A stretch of DNA of 64,000 nucleotides, taken from the NCBI GenBank assembly GCA_963700285.1, contig CAVOXA010000009.1, positions 96,001-160,000 of the forward strand, given 5' to 3'. This DNA comes from an uncultured Chloroflexia bacterium. GTDB lineage: Bacteria > Chloroflexota > Anaerolineae > JAAYZQ01. Both the position numbers and the translations under genes were made by a program. The first letter of the stretch is position 1, and the number at the start of each line of letters is the position of its first letter. Under the pieces are notes generated by a model, which saw only the letters and a list, made by a program, of their open reading frames with translations, did not search any database and was not told the DNA's origin. Below, in pieces: positions 62,525 to 64,000 of the stretch.

Positions 62525-63634
62525 ATGATGACCCAGCAAACAGAAATCCTCTTTTCTCCCGCCAGGCTTGGGAGCCTGGAACTGAGAAACCGGCTGGTAC
62601 GTTCGGCTACAGCAGAACAACTGGCGACAGAGCCTGTAGGGCGGGCTACCCCCGCTTTGGCCGCGCTCTACCGCGATCTGGCGCGGGGCGGAGTAGGGCT
62701 GATAATCACGGGCCATGCCTACGTGTCCCCATCAGGCAAGGCGCATCCCGAGATGCTTGGCGTGCACTGCGATGAATTGATCCCCGGTCTGAAAACGCTG
62801 GCTGATGCCGTACATGCCGAGGGGGGCGCGATTGCCATTCAGATCCAGCATGGTGGGCGCCAGTCCACTGAGCATGTTGTACCGGAAACGATAGCTCCCT
62901 CGGCTGTGCCGATGCATTCCGGATCCACACCCCGCGAGATGACACAGGCTGAGATCGTGGAGACCATCGATGCCTTTGGGCAGGCTGCCCGGCGTGCCGA
63001 GCTGGCCGGGATAGATGCCGTACAGGTCCACGCTGCGCACGGCTACTTGATCAGCGAGTTTCTGTCGCCGCATACTAACCACCGTACCGACGTCTGGGGG
63101 GGCGATTTCGAGCGGCGGCTAGCTTTTTTGGGCGCCGTGTGCGAGGCCGTGCGGGGCCAGGTGGGCGCCGATTATCCAATATTCATCAAGCTGGGCATGA
63201 TGGACAACATAGACCAGGTGCCGGATGGATTGACCCCAGAAGACGGTGCCCGCATCGTTGCCCGCCTGGACGATTTCGGGCTGGACGGCGTGGAGGTGAG
63301 CGGCGCCTACGATGGTCCGGGCCGTTTCAACGTCCAGATGGGAGTCGGGACGAAAATCCCAGAAGCCTATTTCCGACCTCTGGCGCGACGCGCCAAAGCG
63401 GCCACAGATCTACCCGTGATGCTTGTAGGAGGACTCCGAAGCCGGAAGGTAATGGATGATGTGCTGGCTTCGGGCGATGCAGATTTCATTTCCCTTTGCC
63501 GCCCCCTTATCCGCGAGCCACACCTGCCGAACCGGCTACGTGCCGGTGAGGCGACGGTGGCTGCCTGCATATCTGGCGGGCGCTGCTGGCCCGAAGGGCT
63601 AGGCCAGGGCATACGCTGCCGGTGTGAGGCATAG
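62525..63634 (+). CDS. NADH:flavin oxidoreductase (old yellow enzyme family)
   Basis: LRNRLVRSAT, QIQHGG, VHAAHGYLISEFLSP..N.R.D.WGG, VGG.R, RPLIREP, C-terminal C...C..C. Confidence 0.92.
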   Translation: MMTQQTEILFSPARLGSLELRNRLVRSATAEQLATEPVGRATPALAALYRDLARGGVGLIITGHAYVSPSGKAHPEMLGVHCDELIPGLKTLADAVHAEGGAIAIQIQHGGRQSTEHVVPETIAPSAVPMHSGSTPREMTQAEIVETIDAFGQAARRAELAGIDAVQVHAAHGYLISEFLSPHTNHRTDVWGGDFERRLAFLGAVCEAVRGQVGADYPIFIKLGMMDNIDQVPDGLTPEDGARIVARLDDFGLDGVEVSGAYDGPGRFNVQMGVGTKIPEAYFRPLARRAKAATDLPVMLVGGLRSRKVMDDVLASGDADFISLCRPLIREPHLPNRLRAGEATVAACISGGRCWPEGLGQGIRCRCEA

Positions 63635-63674
63635 GTCGTGTGCTTTTCCCTGTTTGCGTACGTTTTTCAGCGAA

Positions 63675-63703
63675 TTGACAAGGCGGGGAAATGCGAGTAT
63701 AAT
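63675..63703 (+). promoter_or_regulatory. Consensus sigma70 promoter of tRNA-Leu
   Basis: TTGACA-17 bp-TATAAT. Confidence 0.85.
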
Positions 63704-63714
63704 AGTGCCTGCTA

Positions 63715-63800
63715 GCCCCCGTGGCGGAACTGGCATACGCGGCAGGTTGAGGACCTGTGCTCGCAAGGGCGTGGAGGTTCAAATCCTCTCGGGGGCACCA
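63715..63800 (+). tRNA. tRNA-Leu (GAG)
   Basis: GCCCCCG/CGGGGGC acceptor stem, anticodon loop TTGAGGA, long variable arm, GGTTCAAATCC, encoded CCA. Confidence 0.95.
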
Positions 63801-63815
63801 GCGTATTCCGAACAG

Positions 63816-63848
63816 AGTCTCAGGATCCCTCCTGAGGCTTTGTTTTTT
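63816..63848 (+). terminator. Intrinsic terminator after tRNA-Leu
   Basis: AGTCTCAGGA-tccc-TCCTGAGGCT hairpin followed by TTGTTTTTT. Confidence 0.75.
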
Positions 63849-63999
63849 GGTCCAGATCCATTCCGGCCTCGTAGGTTTCTTTTCGAGCGAGGGCCAACCG
63901 GCTACGCGTGGCATGGTTGCAGATCAAAAGGATGAAGGAGGCCATGAACAGCAGGACTGGTATGGTAAGGACAAAGCACAGGGCGATGATCACGGAAAG
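63820..63999 (-). CDS. 3' end of a membrane protein, truncated by the window edge
   Basis: Open frame LSVIIALCFVLTIPVLLFMASFILLIC...QEGS* running off the window. Confidence 0.5.
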   Translation of the reverse strand, partial: LSVIIALCFVLTIPVLLFMASFILLICNHATRSRLALARKETYEAGMDLDQKTKPQEGS

Positions 64000-64000
64000 C

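Noticed and set aside
63715-64000. tRNA-Leu as an island integration site
   Set aside because: No duplicated tRNA 3' end or integrase is visible in the window; cannot be assessed past the edge

Overview
Chromosomal window from a GC-rich bacterium. The 16S rRNA and protein features (P/T-rich linkers, a C-terminal FVPLVLR motif) point to Chloroflexota, probably Anaerolineae-like; this is an inference from sequence only. Left to right: (1) a lexA-like / Cys-rich / motor-only FtsK / 2-TM / DUF6504-like / hypothetical operon whose LexA lacks the catalytic Ser; (2) holA, an amidase, a zincin and an RsbW/RsbV pair; (3) AOR plus a C45 hydrolase; (4) a papain-family protease paired with a chagasin-type inhibitor; (5) a divergent fatty-acid/acyl-CoA locus (fabK-etfB-etfA-acd-SDR versus fabF-fabH-carboxyltransferase-epsilon-BCCP-cinA) with a ~3 kb patch of dense indels, probably consensus errors; (6) a complete minus-strand rrn operon (16S, tRNA-Ile, 23S, 5S) preceded by four tandem sigma70-type promoters; (7) murJ, punA, xerD, PfkB, a B12 radical SAM, MoxR and a GGT-MaoC-CoA transferase operon; (8) an ~18 kb surface-glycosylation operon centred on a 3036-aa GT-C-like/TPR/Ig-like protein; (9) an OYE-family oxidoreductase and tRNA-Leu. 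The best candidates for an undescribed system are the glycosylation operon (44.4-62.3 kb) and the LexA*/FtsK operon (0-3.6 kb). No CRISPR array or IS element was seen.
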